This document shows, piece by piece, positions 35,489 to 48,079 of a DNA stretch of 64,000 nt. Every line of letters starts with the position of its first letter. The stretch's first letter is position 1. The position numbers and the translations under genes were made by a program. The notes under the pieces were generated by a model. It searched no databases and was not told the origin of the DNA. It was given only the letters and a program-made list of their open reading frames with translations. The stretch is from Mobula hypostoma. Taxonomy: Eukaryota. The stretch lies in NCBI RefSeq assembly GCF_963921235.1, contig NC_086097.1, positions 107,014,001-107,078,000 on the forward strand, given 5' to 3'.

Positions 35489-35570
<82 letters not shown>
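35459..35570. repeat. Compound (TA)n/(CA)n/(TA)n/(TG)n/(TA)n microsatellite
   Basis: Read directly from the sequence. Confidence 0.95.
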
Positions 35571-35573
<3 letters not shown>

Positions 35574-36047
35574 TGATTAAGCATTCTTGTTAATTTAAGT
35601 AATTCATGATCGGTTATAGGTATAAATACATGAATTGCAAACATCATCATGCCACCACACGATGTGTGTGTACCTCACTTAAAGTAAACACAAACTGAGA
35701 CTCACATCTCCTGGCTCTCGTTTTCCTTTGGATTAGTTTAATGTTTTGAAGTTACAAAACATAACACCTTTCTGTTTGGTTTCAATTTTTGCCTTAGCTT
35801 GTCTAGAAAATACATGCGATTAAATAAAAGCAAATGTTTAAGCTGACAGAACTGATTTCCAATGAAAATGATACTGTAATTTTGGCTTCTTCATCTTTCT
35901 CACAAGGCTCCAAACTTGTAATATTTATACTTGCAACAATGACAGTATCTTCAAAGCTACACAATGTGACCTGTACTTCAAGAATATTAACAGTTTAATT
36001 TGGATCATTAAGATCAGTATTATATTAAGTTTTAATGATGAAAATGA

Positions 36048-36305
36048 TTTAATACAGACAAGTGTGAGGTATTGCACGTTGGAAGGACAAACCAAGGTAG
36101 AACATACAGGGTTAATGGTAGGGCACTGAGGAGTGCAGTGGAACAGAGGGATCTGGGAATACATATACAAAATTCCCTAAAAGTGGTGTCACAGGTAGAT
36201 AGGGTTGTAAAGAGAGCTTTTGGTACATTGGCCTTTATTAATCAACGTATTGAGTATAAGAGTTGGGATGTTATGGTGAGGTTGTATAAGGCATTGGTGT
36301 GGCCG
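36048..36305 (+). mobile_element. Isolated internal CR1 RT fragment
   Basis: Close match to 40570-40830 (HVGRTNQGRTYRVNG...LYKALV). Confidence 0.85.
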
Positions 36306-36832
36306 ATCAATGTCCCGCTGTAATTTCTGACAGCCCTCCACACGATCCACAACACCTGCTTTGCAGAACTGTGAACACTTTGATCAATTTATTGATACAA
36401 AAGCAAAATATTGCAGATGCTAGAAGGGAAGAAAAGAAGAAAATGCCTCAAAAAGCTTCACATATTAAAGGGAAACAAATAAATGGAACAATTAATCAGT
36501 CTAGAAGCTTGGAGTAGATGGCGTCCCTTAGCCTTCTAGTGATACAGGCTGAAGATAATAGTCCAAGTGGAAGCTGGGAAAAAGAATTAAAGAAATCAGT
36601 ATCCAGAAGTTAGGGATTTTACTTTCCTACCTCAAACAATAGGGTTATCACCAGGTCTATATTCATGATCTAATTTAAATGTAATCTGTCCTGTACAAAA
36701 TCAGTAAAAGGCATTCTATTTCCTTGTGGTTTTCCTTTCCCAGGTACCTGACATGCAAAGATTGAATCCCTGGCAAATTTTTGGTCAGAAGGCATGGAAG
36801 GGTTGCTGGTCTTGAAGAAAGCAATTTTCCCA

Positions 36833-37030
36833 GCCAACACACACGAAATGCTGAAAGAACACAATAGGTCTGTCAGCATCCATGGAAATAAACAGTCAAC
36901 TTTTCAGGTCAAGACCCTTCTTCAGGTCTGGAAAGGAAGTGGGATGATGCCATAATAAAAAAGGTCGAGGAGGGGAAGAAGGATAACTAGGAAGTGATAG
37001 GTGAAACCAGGTGGTGGGAAAGGTAAAAGG
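36833..37030 (-). mobile_element. Degenerate PLE 3' end
   Basis: caacacacacgaaatgctg...ttttcaggtcaagacccttcttcagg (decayed hammerhead on the minus strand). Confidence 0.7.
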
Positions 37031-38300
37031 TAAAGCAGTTGTAGACAAGTGTGTTCGCACAAAATCATTCAGAGTCTTACCCAATCGGAAGCCCTGGATG
37101 AATCATGAGATGTGGAATCTGCAGACGACCATATTTGAGGTATTCAAGTCTGGTGACCAAGAAAACTATGAGAGGTCCAGGTACGATCACCAGAAAGCCA
37201 TCTCATGGGAGAAGTGGCAATTCTTAACTTGAATTCTAAACTTGAACCAATGAAGAATAATCAACAGTAGTGGTAGGGATTGAACACTATCACCTCTTAT
37301 AAAGTTAAATCTCATGATATAGGTGACAGCAAGGCTTCACTTTCAGATGAGCTCAATGTCTTCTTTGCTCACTTTGACAGTCAAAACATGCAGGAACCAT
37401 CACAAACTCTCACAGCCCCCAAAAGTCCTGAGATTTTAGTTTCTGAGGCTGATCCCACAAAAGACATCCAGCACAGATGGGGTATCTGGCCAATTACTAA
37501 AGACCTGTGCTGATCAACTGGATGGAGTGTTCGCTGAGATCCTTAACCTCACACTTCAGCATTCTGAGGTATCCACCTGCTTCAAGCAGGCTTCAATTAT
37601 ACCAGTGCCGAAGAAGAACACAGAACCTTTCTCAATGACTATCATCCAGTAGCATTTACATCCACTGTGATGAAGTGATTTGAGAAGCCAGTGATGAAAC
37701 ATAACAATTCCAGCCTGAGAAGCAACTTGGATCTGCTCCAATTTGCCTGCTGGAGCAACAGGTCCACAGCAGATGCCATCTCAAAGGCTCTTGAGATGGC
37801 ATCTGCTGTGGACCCTGGAACATCTGGTCAGCAAAGGTGCATACATCAGGATGCTCTTTATCAAGTACAGTTCAGCATTCAATACCATCATCCTCTCAAA
37901 ACCAATCCAACACCTTGGTCTCAATGCCTCCTTATGCAATTGGATCCTCAATTTCCTCACTTACAGACCCCAGTTAGTTTAGATTGGCAACAGCATACCC
38001 TCCATAATCTCCATCAGCACAGGTGTACCAAAGGTCTGTGTGATCAACCCTCTATTCTATTCACTTTACACATATGACTGTGTGGCTAAACACAGCTCCA
38101 ATGCCATTTTCAAGTTTATTGACGACACCGCTGTCGCAGGCCAAATCAAAGGTGGTGATGAATCATTACGTAGGAGGAAGATTGTAAATATGTCTGAGTG
38201 ATGCCATAATAACAAACTCTTACTTAATGTCAGAAAGACCAAGCTGATGATTGACTTCAAGAGAAGAAAATCAGAGGTCCTCATTGGAGGATCAGAGATG
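37031..38300 (+). mobile_element. Degenerate Rex1/Babar LINE ORF2 middle
   Basis: [62 protein letters not shown]. Confidence 0.85.
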
Positions 38301-38304
38301 GGGT

Positions 38305-41300
38305 TACACTTGAACTACAGGGGGACCAATATCCTTTCAGGGAGGTTTGTTAGTGCTATTGGGGAGGCTTTAAACTAGATTTGCAGGGGGATGGGAACCA
38401 GAGTGCCAGAGCTGACAGTGTGGCTGGGGTGAAAGTAAATGATGTTAAAAGTTCAAGCAAATCCGCTAATAGAAAGGTTGTGAGTGGTGGTAAAAATCTT
38501 CTGAGGTGTATATATTTCAATGCTAGGAGTATTGCGGGGAAGGCGGATGAGTTGAGGGCGTGGATTGACACGTGGAATTATGACGTTATAGCAATTAGTG
38601 AAACTTGGCTACAGGAGGGGCAGGACTGGCAGCTTAATATTCCAGGGTTCCGATGTTTCAGATGTGATCGAGGCAGAGGAATGAAAGGTGGGGGAGTAGC
38701 ATTGCTTGTTAGGGAAAATATTACAGCAGTGCTCAGACAGATTAGAGGGCTTGTCTACTGAGTCCTTATGGGTGGAGCTGAGAAACAGGAAAGGTATGGC
38801 CACATTAGTGGGATTGTATTACAGACCACCCAATAGTCAACGAGAATTCGAAGAGTAAATCTGCAGAGAGATAGCAGGCAACTGCAGGAAACATAAAGTT
38901 GTGGTGGTAGGGGATTTTAATTTTCCATATATTGATTGGGACTCCCATACTGTTAGGGGCTAAATGGTTTAGAGTTTGTAAAATGTGTTCAGGAAAGTTT
39001 TCTAAATCAATATATAGAGGGACCAACTAGAGGGGATACAATATTGGATCTCCTGTTAGGAAACGAGTTAGGACAAGTGACTGAAGTCTGTGTAGGGGAG
39101 CACTTTGGTTCCAGTGATCATAACACCATTAGTTTCAACTTGATCATGGACAAGGATAGATCTGGTCCTAGGGTTGGGGTTCTTAACTGGAAGAAGGCCA
39201 AATTTGAAGAAATGAGAAAGGATCTAAAAAGCGTGGATTCAGACAGTTTGTTCTCTGGCAAGGATGTGATCGGTAGGTGGGAAGCCTTCAAAGGAGAAAT
39301 TTTGAGAGTGCAGAATTTGTATGTTCCTGTCAGGATTAAAGGCAAAGTGAATAGGAATAAGGAACCTTGGTTCTCAAGGGATATTGCAACTCTGATAAAG
39401 AAGAAGAGGGAGTTGTATGACATGTATAGGAAGCAGGGAGTAAATAAGGTGCTTGAGGAGTATAAGAAGTGCAAGAAAATACTTAAGAAAGAAATCAGGA
39501 GGGCTAAAAGAAGACATGAGGTCGCCTTGGCAGTCAAAGTGAAGGATAATCCAAAGAGCTTTTACAGGTATAGTAAGAGCAAAAGGATTGTAAGGGATAA
39601 AATTGGTCCTTTTGAAGATCAGAGTGGTCGGCTATGTGCGGAAACAAAGGAAATGGGGGAGATCTTAAATAGGTTTTTTGCATCTGTATTTACTAAGGAA
39701 ACTGGCATGAAGTCTATGGAATTAAGGGAAACAAGTAGTGAGATCATGGAAACTGTACAGATCGAAAAGGAGGAGGTCCTTGCTGTCTTGAGGAAAATTA
39801 AAGTAGATAAATCCCCAGGACCTGACAGGATGTTCCCTCGGACCTTGAAGGAGACTAGTGTTGAAATTGCAGGGGCCCTGGCTGAAATATTCAAAATGTC
39901 GCTGTCTACAGGTGAGGTGCCGGAGGATTGGAGAGTGGCTCATGTTGTTCCGTTGTTTAAAAAAGGATCGAAAAGTAATCCGGGAAATTATAGGCCAGTA
40001 AGTTTAACGTCGGTAGTAGGTAAGTTATTTGAGGGAGTACTAAAAGACAGAATCTACAAGCATTTGGATAGACAGGGACTTATTAGGGAGAGTCAACATG
40101 GCTTTGTGCGTGGTAGGTCATGTTTGACCAATCTATTGGAGTTTTTCGAGGAGGTTACCAGGAAAGTGGATGAAGGGAAGGCAGTCAATATTGTCTACAT
40201 GGACTTCAGTAAGGCCTTTGACAAGGTCCCACATGGGAGGTTAGTTAGGAAAATTCAGTCGCTAGGTATCCATGGAGAGGTGGTAAATTGGATTAGACAT
40301 TGGCTCGATGGAAGAAGCCAAAGACTGGTAGTAGAGAATTGCTTCTCTGAGTGGAGGCCTGTGACTAGTGGTGTGCCACAGGGATCAGTGCTGGGTCCAT
40401 TGTTATTTGTCATCTATATCAATGATCTGGATGATAATGTGGTAAATTGGATCAGCAAATTTACTGATGATACAAAGATTGGAGGCATAGTAGAGAGTGA
40501 GGAAAGTTTTCAAAGCCTGCAGAGGGACTTGGACCAGCTGGAAAAATGGTCTGAAAATTGGCAGATGGAGTTTAATACAGACAAGTGTGAGGTATTGCAC
40601 GTTGGAAGGACAAACCAAGGTAGAACATACAGGGTTAATGGTAAGGCGCTGAGGAGTGAAGTGGAACAGTGGGATCTGGGAATACAGATACAAAATTCCC
40701 TAAAAGTGGCGTCACAGGTATATAGGGTTGTAAAGAGAGCTTTTGGTACACTGGCCTTTATTAATCAAAGTATTGAGTATAAGAGTTGGAATGTTATGAT
40801 GAGGTTGTATAAGGCATTGGTGAGGCCAAATCTGGAGTATTGTGTTCAGTTTTGGTCACCAAATTACAGGAAGGATATAAATAAGGTTGAAAGAGTGCAG
40901 AGAAGGTTTACAAGGATGTTGCCAGGACTTGAGAAACTCAGTTGCAGAGAAAGGTTGAATAGGTTAGGACTTTATTCCCTGGAGCGTAGAAGAATGAGGG
41001 GAGATTTGATAGAGGTATATAAAATTATGATGGGTATAGACAGAGTGAATGCAAGCAGGCTTTTTCCACTGAGGGAAGGGGAGGAAAAAAACCAGAGGAC
41101 ATGGGTTAAGGGTGAGAGGGGAAAAGTTTAAAGGGAACATTCGGGGGGGCTTCTTCACACAGAGAGTGGTGGGAGTATGGAATGAGCTGCCAGACGAGGT
41201 GGTAAATGCGGGTTCTTTTTTAACATTTAAGAATAAATTGGACAGGTACATGGATGGGAGGTGTATGGAGGGATACGGTCCGTGTGCAGGTCAGTGGGAC

Positions 41301-41375
41301 TAGGCAGAAAATGGTTCGGCACAGCCAAGAAGGGACAAAAGGCCTGTTTCTGTGCTGTGGTTTCTATGGTATGAT
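38305..41375 (+). mobile_element. CR1 LINE with near-complete ORF2 and 3' UTR
   Basis: Endonuclease (FNARSI, ISETWL, GGGVAL, GDFNFP) then a 695 aa ORF; tttctatg tail. Confidence 0.95.
39044..41131 (+). pseudogene. CR1 ORF2 RT region (695 aa open; frameshifted at both ends; FADD>FTDD)
   Basis: NYRPVSLTS, QHGFVRGRSC, YMDFSKAFDKV, SGVPQGSVLGP, KFTDDTK. Confidence 0.9.
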
Positions 41376-41719
41376 TTCTAAAATCAAATCATAAAAATAA
41401 ATTGAAATAAATCAATTATTTCTGAATTTAAGTCAGTAATTACTCTTAATTATAGTGAGACAACTTTAGACTGAGTCATAGTTTCAACTGTTCATAGTTC
41501 TGATCAAAAATGGCAGAGTTCATAAGAAATAAGAAAAGTAAACATAAGGTAAACAAATCAGGAAAGGATGTACAGAACAGGTGTATTTTCCTCAAAAGAA
41601 GGCTGAAAATTGACTAGCTAAGTTTTCAAAATTATGAATGGCTGCCACTGGAGCCTGTGATTTTGGAGCTACTAAATTTTGTTGTTGTTTTTGGACCAAT
41701 TGAGCAGTCTGGTACTATG

Positions 41720-42695
41720 ATGTCTCCGGCGGAGGGGGGGTTCCTATAGGGTTTCGAGCAAAGTGTTCATCCTGGAGGCTAAGAAGTGAAGATGGGGCAT
41801 GAGCCAATCATTTTGCACCGATCTCGTCGATTTAACTGTTAAGGAAGATTGAAATCATCAAGGCGAGGTGATGTTCAGTGCCCTAGACCAGTGTGTCTGC
41901 ATGCGACGGTGTGTCTCTGTCTTCCCCCCCTCCCCCCACCCCCCGCCAGGCCGGCTGATGGCACAACGGCATCAGCGCTGGACTCCGGAGCGAAGGCTCC
42001 TGAGTTCAAATCCAAGTTGGGCCACCCCCCCGCAAGCGCACTTTTCATCCGTGCTGGGTTGAGCGTCAAGCTAGCCACTCAGCCTCGTTAAAAAAAAAGG
42101 GTTGAGTCAGGAACGTTCATAACATGACCCATTAATCCTAAAGGAGACCAATTCTGACACCATGCGCCAGACAAGACTGGCTGATTGTCTGGTGCAACAC
42201 GCTAAAAGAAAAACCCTCCCTCTCATCCACTGCTCCAGAAGAAGGTCCCTGCATTCAGATAGTCTCCCTCTTGCTCGATGCTTCTGGCGTCCTGGGTCTT
42301 GGACAAGGTTTAATCAACACGGTTTGTGGATTGGACTCCATAGTTTACATTATGGTGTGTTTCTGGTTGCTCCTTTCTTATTGCGATTTTGATCAGTGCA
42401 GCCTGAAGTTAGTGAACCACACAGAGCTGGATCGAACTGACCCGAGTTGAAATAAATATGCCCGGTCTGGTTTGATAATTTGTGGGTTAGCGTTTTAAAT
42501 TCTGCATTTTTTGCTCATTTTTGTGTGAATTGTTCTTCTTACATTTTTGCACGTTGAGGGTTTTAGGTTTTTCTTTGAACAGGTTCCATGATTTTCTTTC
42601 TTTGCTTCATGGCTGTCTGTGGGAAGAAGTATCCCAGGGTTGTATACTACATACATACTTAGATAATAAATGTACTTTGAACTGAATTGAATTTG
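41720..42695 (+). mobile_element. Non-coding LINE-related repeat; similar 3' ends at ~49630-49720 and ~57680-57775
   Basis: Shared 3' end ggttgtata...ac(a)t.gataataaatgtac.ttgaac; family not identified. Confidence 0.4.
41949..42213 (+). mobile_element. tRNA-derived SINE
   Basis: A box TGGCACAACGG (41959-41969), B box GAGTTCAAATCC (42002-42013), tRNA-length head, A-rich end. Confidence 0.7.
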
Positions 42696-42749
42696 ATGGT
42701 GTGATGCAAGGCAAATGTTTCTACTTCCAGAAAAGGACATAACTAAAAG

Positions 42750-44925
42750 AGTGTAAAAGAGAGGCAAGAGTGGATATCGAACCGCTAGAAAACGATGCTG
42801 GAGTGATAGTAATGGGGGAACAACATCAGTCTTCTAAAGAGAAGGCTCTTGGTAAACTGAAAGGTCTAAAGGTAGACAAGTCACCTGGAACAGATAGTGT
42901 ATACCCTAGTTCTGAAAGAGGTGGCTGAAGAGATAGTGGAGGCATTAGTAATCATCTTTTAAGAATGATGAGATTCTGGAATGGTTCTGGAAAACAGGAA
43001 ATTCAGAAATGTCACTCCACTCTTCAAGAAGAGAGAGGGGCAGAAGGAAGGAAATTATAATTATTCTGATCTCGGTGGTTAGGAAGATGTTGGAGTCAAT
43101 TATTAAGGATGAGGTCTCAGAGTACCTGGAGGCACATAGGCTGTAGTCAGCATGGTTTCCTCAAGCAAAAATCTTGCCTGACAAATCTTTTGAAGAAGTA
43201 ACAAGCCAGGATAGACAAAGGAGAATCGGTTGATGTTGTGTACTTAGATTTTCAGAAGGCCTTTGACAAGATTCCACACGAGGTTGCTTAATAAACTATG
43301 AACCCTTGGTATTACAGGAAAGTTTCCAGCATAGATAAAGCAGGAGACAAAGAATGGGAATAAAGTGTGCCTTGGGTCCCGGTGACTCGTGGTGTTCCAC
43401 AGGCGTCTGTATTGGGTTCAATTCTTTTTACGTTATATATCAATGATTTGGATGATGGAATTGATAACTTTGAGGCAAAGTTTACAATCTGAGGTGGAAG
43501 GCCAGGTAGTTTATAGGAAGTAGGATACAGGAAGACTTAGACAGATTAGGAGAATGGGCAAAGAAATGGCAGGTAAAACATAGTGTCAGGAAGTGTATGG
43601 TCATTAACTTTGGTAGAAGAAATGAAAGGGCTGACTATTTTCTGGATGGCGAGAAAAAACAAAAAAACTGAGGTGTAAAGAGACTTGGGAGTCTTTGTGG
43701 ATTCCCTAAAGGTTAATTTGCAATTTGAGTGTATGCTGAGGATGGCAAATATAATGTTAGCATTCATTTCAAGAGGACTAGAATATAAAAACAAGGATGT
43801 AATGTTGATACTTTATAAAGCACTAGCGAGGCTGCACTTGGGAGTACTGGGAGTTAGCTTGAGCCCCTTATCTTAGAAAGGATGTGCTGAAACTAGAGAG
43901 GGTTCAAAAGAGGTTCATTAAAAAGATTCCAGGATTGAATTGCTTGTCCTATGAGGAGCGTTTGATGGCTCTTGGCCTATATTCACTGAAATTCAGAAAG
44001 AGGGGTGATCTCTTTGAAACCTATCAAATCGTGAAAAGCATTGATAGAATGGATATGGAGAGGATGTTTCCAATGGGGAAGAATCTAAGACCAGAGGACA
44101 CAGCTTCAGGAATAAATGGGTGTCCTTTTAGAACAGAGATGAAGAGGAATTTCTTTAGCCAGAGAGCAGTGAATCTGTTGAATTCTTTGCCACTAGCAAA
44201 GGAAACCATAGGACGTGGAAACCATAGAAAGGTTGCAGAGGCGATTTACAAGGATGTTGTCTGAATTGGGGAGTATGCCTTATGAGAATAGGTTGAGTGA
44301 ATTCAGCCTTTCCTTCTTGGAGTGACGGAGGATGAGAAGTGACCTGATAGAGGTGTATAAGATGATGAGAGGCATTGATCGTGTAGATAGTCAGAGGTTT
44401 TTTTTCCAGGGCTGAAATGGCTAGCACGAGAGGGCACAGTTTTAAGGTACTTGGAAGTAGATACAGAGGAGATGTCGGGGCAAGTTTGTTTGTGTATGTT
44501 TTTTTTTAAAAACAGACAGTGGTGAGTGTATGGAATGGGCTGCCGGCAATAGTGGTGGATATAACAGGTCTTGTAACAGACTCCTGGATAGGTGCATGGA
44601 GCTTAGAAAAATAGAGGGCTATGGGTAACCCTATGTAATTTCTAAAGTAAGGACATGTTCGGCACAGCTTTGTGGGCCGTAGGGCCTGTATTGTGCTGTA
44701 GGTTTTCTATGTTTCTAAGCAACTGTGGAGGCCAAGTCTTTATGTATATTTAAGGCAGAGGTTGACAGACTCTTGATTGGTCAGAGCATGCAGGGATACA
44801 GGGAGAAAGTAGGAGGCTGGTGCCAAGGAGAAAGTTGAATCAGCCATAATGAAATGGCAGCGCAGACTCAATGTACCAAATGGCCTAATTCTGCTCCTAT
44901 ATCTTATGACCTTATGGTCTAACTT
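42750..44925 (+). mobile_element. Degenerate CR1 RT with a second CR1 3' end nested at ~44200-44716
   Basis: DKSPG, YLDFQKAFDK, LYKALARLHL; the outer element resumes at gcaactgtggaggccaag after a tttctatgtttcta tail. Confidence 0.85.
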
Positions 44926-46086
44926 GAGAGCATCATTATAAGAAAGCAAGAAATATAAGAGGGAATACAAAAAGAACTTATTTAATGGCTGAAGTGACTG
45001 GTGTGAATGTATTTAAGAAGATGTTGAACAAACATATGAGAAATAAGAGAATAGAGGGTTATGATGATAGCATAATTTCTTGATTTATTTTGTAATTTAT
45101 AGTAATTTTACATCTGCAACCACAAAACAACGAATTTCCCATCATACAGTTCTAAGACATTTGATAATAAACCTGACTCTGTTTCTGATAAATTTGGATA
45201 AAGAACAATGAAGAGGTAGTTCAAGAGGAGCACCACTTAACTCCCTTGGAGTCCAAAGTAGTTCAATTTGCTAAAATTTAGCTGCATCACATTTCACTAG
45301 GGAAGCATCTCTTTAGTTCCTGCACTAGGTTAGTGGAGAAGGTAGCATGAAGACTTATAGGAAAAAGAGAAGGCAAATGATTCTTTTTAAGTACTTCATA
45401 TTATTTTAAAATTTATCAACTGTTTATATGTTTTATTTATTTAAGTAAATATTTTTGCATTTTACTTTAAATACAAGTTAATTTTAATGTATTAATGTCA
45501 GGGGGATTCAAAACTTACAACTTTCTTAGCTAGCAATGCCTGTCCTCACTTTACCTGGATCCAAAGACTATTCAAAGTATTTAGGAGCAAGGTTTAAGAT
45601 GGTGCTGCTGAAGGCAGGCAAGAACTTAGTGGTGGTTCGCAAAGCAAGAGTTACAACTAAATGCTTTCTTAATAATAACACTTTTTCTGTAAAAAAAAAT
45701 ATGGCAAACGATCAAAACAATGAAAAGGCAAGGCTGACTCGAATGTCAAGGCATGAGGGTGAGAGCAAGGTCAAGGCATATTCAAAGAGAAGTAGTCAAG
45801 GTGAGGTTGAGGTATGTTTGAGATGGAGAGAGATTTAGAGCAAGCAGAGCGGAGGAGTTTCGGACCCCTCCACCTAAACCAAGAGCAAAGTCTGATTGAT
45901 CTAAAAGCTGGGTTGATTTGGAAGGGTCAGGTATGAGCCAGAATGATGTGGCAGGATCCATGCCCAGAGTGTATCAATTCAATAGGGCAAACAACAGGAA
46001 TTCTGCAGATGCTGGAAATTCAAGCAACATACATCAAAGTTGCTGGTGAACGCAGCAGGCCAGGCAGCATCTATAGCAAGAGGCGC

Positions 46087-46122
46087 AGTCGACATTTCAG
46101 GCCGAGACCCTTCGTCAGGACT
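46087..46122 (-). ncRNA. Minimal hammerhead motif (GAAAC>GAAAT)
   Basis: Reverse complement: AGTC CTGACGA AGGGTCTCGGCCT GAAAT GTC GACT. Confidence 0.72.
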
Positions 46123-46414
46123 AACTGAAGGAAGAGTGAGTAAGGGATTTGAAAGCTGGAGGGGGAGGGGGAGATGCAAAATGATAGGAGAAGACAGGAG
46201 GGAGAGGGATGGAGCCGAGAGCTGGACAGGTGATAGGCAGAAGGGGATACGAGAGGATCATGGGACAGGAGGTCCGGGAAGAAAGACGGGGGGGGGGGTG
46301 ACCCAGAGGATGGGCAAGAGGTATATTCAGAGGGACAGAGGGAGAAAAAGGAGAGTGAGAGAAAGAATGTGTGCATAAAAGAGTAACAGATGGGGTACGA
46401 GGGGGAGGTGGGGC

Positions 46415-47776
46415 CTAGCGGAAGTTAGAGAAGTCAATGTTCATGCCATCAGGTTGGAGGCTACCCATACGGAATATAAGGTGTTGTTCCTCCAACCTGA
46501 GTGTGGCTTCATCTTTACAGTAGAGGAGGCCGTGGATAGACATGTCAGAATGGGAATGGGATGTGGAATTAAAATGTGTGGCCACTGGGAGATCCTGCTT
46601 TCTCTGGCGGACAGAGCGTAGATGTTCAGCAAAGCGGTCTCCCAGTCTGCGTCGGGTCTCGCCAATATATAAAAGGCCACATCGGGAGCACCAGACGCAG
46701 TATACCACCCCAGTCGACTCACAGGTGAAGTGATGCCTCACCTGGAAGGACTGTTTGGGGCCCTGAATGGTGGTAAGGGAGGAAGTGTAAGGGCATGTGT
46801 AGCACTTGTTCCGCTTACACGGATAAGTGCCAGGAGGGAGATCAGTGGGGAGGGATGGGGGGGACGAATGGACAAGGGAGTTGTGTAGGGAGCGATCCCT
46901 GCGGAATGCAGAGAGAGGGGGGGAGGGAAAGATATGCTTAGTGGTGGGATCCCGTTGGAGGTGGCGGAATTTGCGGAGAATAATATGTTGGACCCGGAGG
47001 CTGGTGGGGTGGTAGGTGAGGACCAGGGGAACCCTATTCCTAGTGGGGTGGTGGGAGGATGGAGTGAGAGCAGATGTACGTGAAATGGGGGAGATGCGTT
47101 TAAGAGCAGAGTTGATAGTGGAGGAAGGGAAGCCCCTTTCTTTAAAAAATGAAGACATCTCCCTCGTCCTAGAATGAAAAGCCTCATCCTGACAGCAGAT
47201 GCGGCGGAGACGGAGGAATTGCGAGAAGGGGATGGCGTTTTTGCAAGAGACAGGGTGAGAAGAGGAATAGTCCAGATAGTTGTGAGAGTCAGTAGGCTTA
47301 TAGTAGACATCAGTGGATAAGCTGTCTCCAGAGACAGAGACAGAAAGATCTAGAAAGGGGAGGGAGGTGTCAGAAATGGACCAGGTAAACTTGAGGGCAG
47401 GGTGAAAGTTGGAGGCAAAGTTAATAAAGTCAACGAGTTCTGCATGCGTGCAGGAAGCAGCGCCAATGCAGTCGTCGATGTAGCGAAGGAAAAGTGGGGG
47501 ACAGATACCAGAATAGGCACGGAACATAGATTGTTCCACAAACCCAACAAAAAGGCAGGCATAGCTAGGACCCATACGGGTGCCCATAACTACACCTTTA
47601 GTTTGGAGGAAATGGGAGGAGCAAAAGGAGAAATTATTAAGAGTAAGGACTAATTCTGCTAGACGGAGCAGAGTGGTGGTAGAGGGGAACTGATTAGGTC
47701 TGGAATCCAAAAAGAAGCGTAGAGCTTTGAGACCTTCCTGATGGGGGATGGAAGTATATAAGGACTGGACATCCAT
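46415..47776 (-). CDS. PLE RT core + GIY-YIG endonuclease (453 aa, 5'-truncated)
   Basis: MDVQSLYTSIP, RYIDD, CKRNKCYTC, VVYC...YIGET. Confidence 0.8.
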   Translation of the reverse strand: MDVQSLYTSIPHQEGLKALRFFLDSRPNQFPSTTTLLRLAELVLTLNNFSFCSSHFLQTKGVVMGTRMGPSYACLFVGFVEQSMFRAYSGICPPLFLRYIDDCIGAASCTHAELVDFINFASNFHPALKFTWSISDTSLPFLDLSVSVSGDSLSTDVYYKPTDSHNYLDYSSSHPVSCKNAIPFSQFLRLRRICCQDEAFHSRTREMSSFFKERGFPSSTINSALKRISPISRTSALTPSSHHPTRNRVPLVLTYHPTSLRVQHIILRKFRHLQRDPTTKHIFPSPPLSAFRRDRSLHNSLVHSSPPSLPTDLPPGTYPCKRNKCYTCPYTSSLTTIQGPKQSFQVRHHFTCESTGVVYCVWCSRCGLLYIGETRRRLGDRFAEHLRSVRQRKQDLPVATHFNSTSHSHSDMSIHGLLYCKDEATLRLEEQHLIFRMGSLQPDGMNIDFSNFR

Positions 47777-48079
47777 GGTGAAAATAAAGCGGTGTGGGCC
47801 AGGGAACTTAAAATTATCGGAAAGTTTAAGAGCGTGAGAAGTGTCACGAACATAGGTTGGAAGGGATTGGCGTGAGAAGTGTCACGAACATAGGTCGGAA
47901 GGAATTGGCGTGAGAAGTGTCACGAACATAGGTATTCCTCTTCTCACCCTGTCCATAGCTATCTGGACTATTCCTCTTCTCACCCTGTCTCTTGCAAAAA
48001 CGCCATCCCCTTCTCGCAATTCCTCCGTCTCCGCCGCATCTGCTCTCAGGATGAGGCTTTTCATTCTAGGACGAGGGAG

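Larger units (their letters stand above)
31390..35766 (+). mobile_element. Decayed Gypsy/Ty3 LTR retrotransposon (gag-PR-RT-RH-partial IN, probable 3' LTR ~35450-35766)
   Basis: GILQESIQ..LLTEAQ.TF..AVEIA; Cys/His knuckle remnants ~32935-33020; MELDTDSAVSVIP; YPLPRIEDIF; YLDDIIV; IAFAS..LT, DREAL; LEELHVSH...KALARSFVWWP; purine tract at ~35436; ends ...ataaca. Confidence 0.88.

Noticed and set aside
41949..42025. Functional tRNA gene
   Set aside because: Acceptor and anticodon stems are imperfect, there is no T-run terminator, and it continues into a SINE-like body
47832..47933. 38 bp repeats as a CRISPR-like array
   Set aside because: Head-to-tail copies of PLE coding sequence with no unique spacers; eukaryotic context, no cas genes
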